DNA of 36,393 nt from Octopus bimaculoides (taxonomy: Eukaryota): NCBI RefSeq assembly GCF_001194135.2, contig NC_068992.1, forward strand, positions 17,731,080 to 17,767,472, given 5' to 3'. Shown here piece after piece: positions 34,890 through 36,393 of this stretch. A program made the translations under genes and the position numbers. Position 1 is the stretch's first letter; the number at the start of each line of letters is the position of its first letter. The notes beneath the pieces were generated by a model. That model saw only the letters and a program-made list of their open reading frames with translations. It did not search any database and was not told where the DNA came from.

Positions 34890-35257
34890 AATAGAAATAG
34901 AGAATCTATTTTAATTACATAATTCAACTAAACGTCCACCTTAATCATACCTAATACCTAAAGTGAAATTACCCACAACTATTGATTTCCCTGGTTTTGT
35001 AGTTAGTTTTACCACCTTAGCTTTTGAATCTCCAATCAAAATGAGGATATCTTTAGGAGGCGATTGATCAATTTCTTCTTGGCATCATAGAATCGATCAA
35101 ATTCTTCCTCATTTGTGGCTGTAGACGGAGCATAAAACTGTATGACTGAGTCGTTAAATGGTTTTCCTCTAAGACTGATCTTCATAATTCCATCATTAAC
35201 TGGTTTATTTCCAAACAAGGACTTAATGGCAATTCTATTCAAGATAACGCCAACCAC
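34890..35257 (-). mobile_element. RTE LINE 5' part: APE endonuclease domain
   Basis: VGVILN...IMKISLRGKPFN.SVIQFYAPS...EEFDRFYD, then ILIGDSKAKV...VVGNFTLG...GGRLVELCN (resembling GDFNAKVG...G.RL.EFC). Confidence 0.88.
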
Positions 35258-35332
35258 ATGGCTATAATCACTATCGCTTCTTCAGATACTTATAATTCCA
35301 TCATTGGCCGTAATAGTAGTGGCAACGTAGAC

Positions 35333-35373
<41 letters not shown>

Positions 35374-35414
35374 CGGCTGTAGTAGTAACACAACTATTAT
35401 TACTGCTGCTGCTG

Positions 35415-35482
<68 letters not shown>
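35333..35482. repeat. (GTA)n followed by (GCT)n/(CTA)n: mutually complementary microsatellites
   Basis: Directly visible. Confidence 0.95.
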
Positions 35483-35483
<1 letters not shown>

Positions 35484-35714
35484 TGTTGACTACAAGGGCT
35501 TCGAAAAACGTTTAGGACAATATGCAGATAAAGAGTAGAGGGGATTTATTTGGAAAACCTGTAAACAGAAAAATAATAGTAATTAATAAAATAATTTTAG
35601 CAAATTGCGTAATAAGGGGTAAAATGCCGTCCAGGGTTACTTAGTGACGCCACGGATCCCAAGCTACTCTGTTCATCAGGAGTATCGTGGCGTAAGCTTC
35701 TCTCGTTTCCTTAC

Positions 35715-35859
35715 CTCTCCGCACAATCCAGACGTACAGTCAGACAAAAATCGTCCAGCAGCTGTGGAGGAAATGCTTGATGAAAACTTCTGCTTTCTTG
35801 GAGTTTGTCATCTGCATGCACTCGCTGACAACTGCGTGCCAAAACACAATCCGTCGTTA
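35715..35859 (-). CDS. Candidate internal coding exon (145 nt, phase 1 to phase 2) of an unidentified gene
   Basis: Acceptor GTTTTTCTATTTCAG| and donor GAG|GTAAGG; GC richer than the flanks; only one frame is open (TTDCVLARSCQRVHADDKLQESRSFHQAFPPQLLDDFCLTVRLDCAE). No family recognised. Confidence 0.45.
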
Positions 35860-36037
35860 CTGAAATAGAAAAACTGCTAGCGCATGATTTTGCTGGTATA
35901 TTTTTGTGCTATTTAACAGAATACGTCCATAACAGATTTTATCTCCGGATGAGTAGAGCAGTTAAGTTACTTTACTGAAATGCGCCTACATTGACTATGA
36001 TATATCGATTGCAATTTTTATCTAATACTGCTTGTGT

Positions 36038-36393
36038 GTAAGTGACTGTGTGGTAAGTAGCTTGCTTACCAACCTCATGGTTCCAGGTTCAGTCCCACTG
36101 CGTGGCACCTTGGGCAAGGGTCTTCTGCTATAACCTCGGGCCGACCAAAACTTTGTGAGTGGATTTGGTGGACGGAAACTGAAAGAAGCCCGTCGCATAT
36201 ATGTATATGTATATATATATATATATGTGTGTTTGTGTGTCTGTGTTTGTCCCCCCAACATCGCTTGACAACCGATGCTGGTGTGTTTACGTCCCTGTAA
36301 CTTAGCAGTTCGGCAACGGAGACCGATAGAATAAGTACTAGGCTTACAAAGAATAAGTCGTGGGTTCGATTCGCTCTACTAAAGGTGGTGCTC
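36038..36393 (+). mobile_element. SINE family B, nearly complete and gap-free, truncated by the window end
   Basis: Head, central domain, a short internal TA/TG tract at about 36197-36240, and the 3' domain to GGTGGTGCTC. Confidence 0.93.

Noticed and set aside
35645-35692. GC-rich stem (ACGCCACG/CGTGGCGT) around CTGATGA in the candidate intron, as a hammerhead, C/D snoRNA or SECIS
   Set aside because: No correctly placed GAAA/UH, no box D, and no SECIS geometry; only an 8-10 bp hairpin remains.
35806-35859. Alternative frame NDGLCFGTQLSASACR-TGA read as a selenoprotein
   Set aside because: No recognised selenoprotein motif and no SECIS found downstream; another frame is fully open.

Overview
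Eukaryotic, AT-rich, mostly non-coding DNA dense in microsatellites and short-read-type N gaps. The SINE repertoire and repeat load suggest an octopus or other coleoid cephalopod genome (inference from recalled repeat families, not verified). No intact gene, RNA gene or CRISPR array is present; nearly all long track ORFs are translated microsatellites or gaps. Recognisable content is a transposon graveyard: three tRNA-headed SINE families (called A, B, C here; about 25 copies or fragments, several with TSDs), a Tigger/pogo remnant, an internally deleted DD37D-like Tc1/mariner, a hAT-type MITE, a short non-autonomous Helitron, two Penelope-like retroelement (PLE) remnants, an R4/Dong-type LINE 3' end, and an RTE LINE split by a CR1-like LINE that is itself split by a SINE. 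The most interesting signals are a hammerhead-ribozyme core in register at the 3' end of one PLE (7447-7511), a head-to-head SINE fold-back hairpin (about 20958-21195), and a well-flanked candidate exon pair on the minus strand (35859-35715, then 35558 onward). All alignments and translations were done by hand, so boundaries without TSD or TIR support are approximate.
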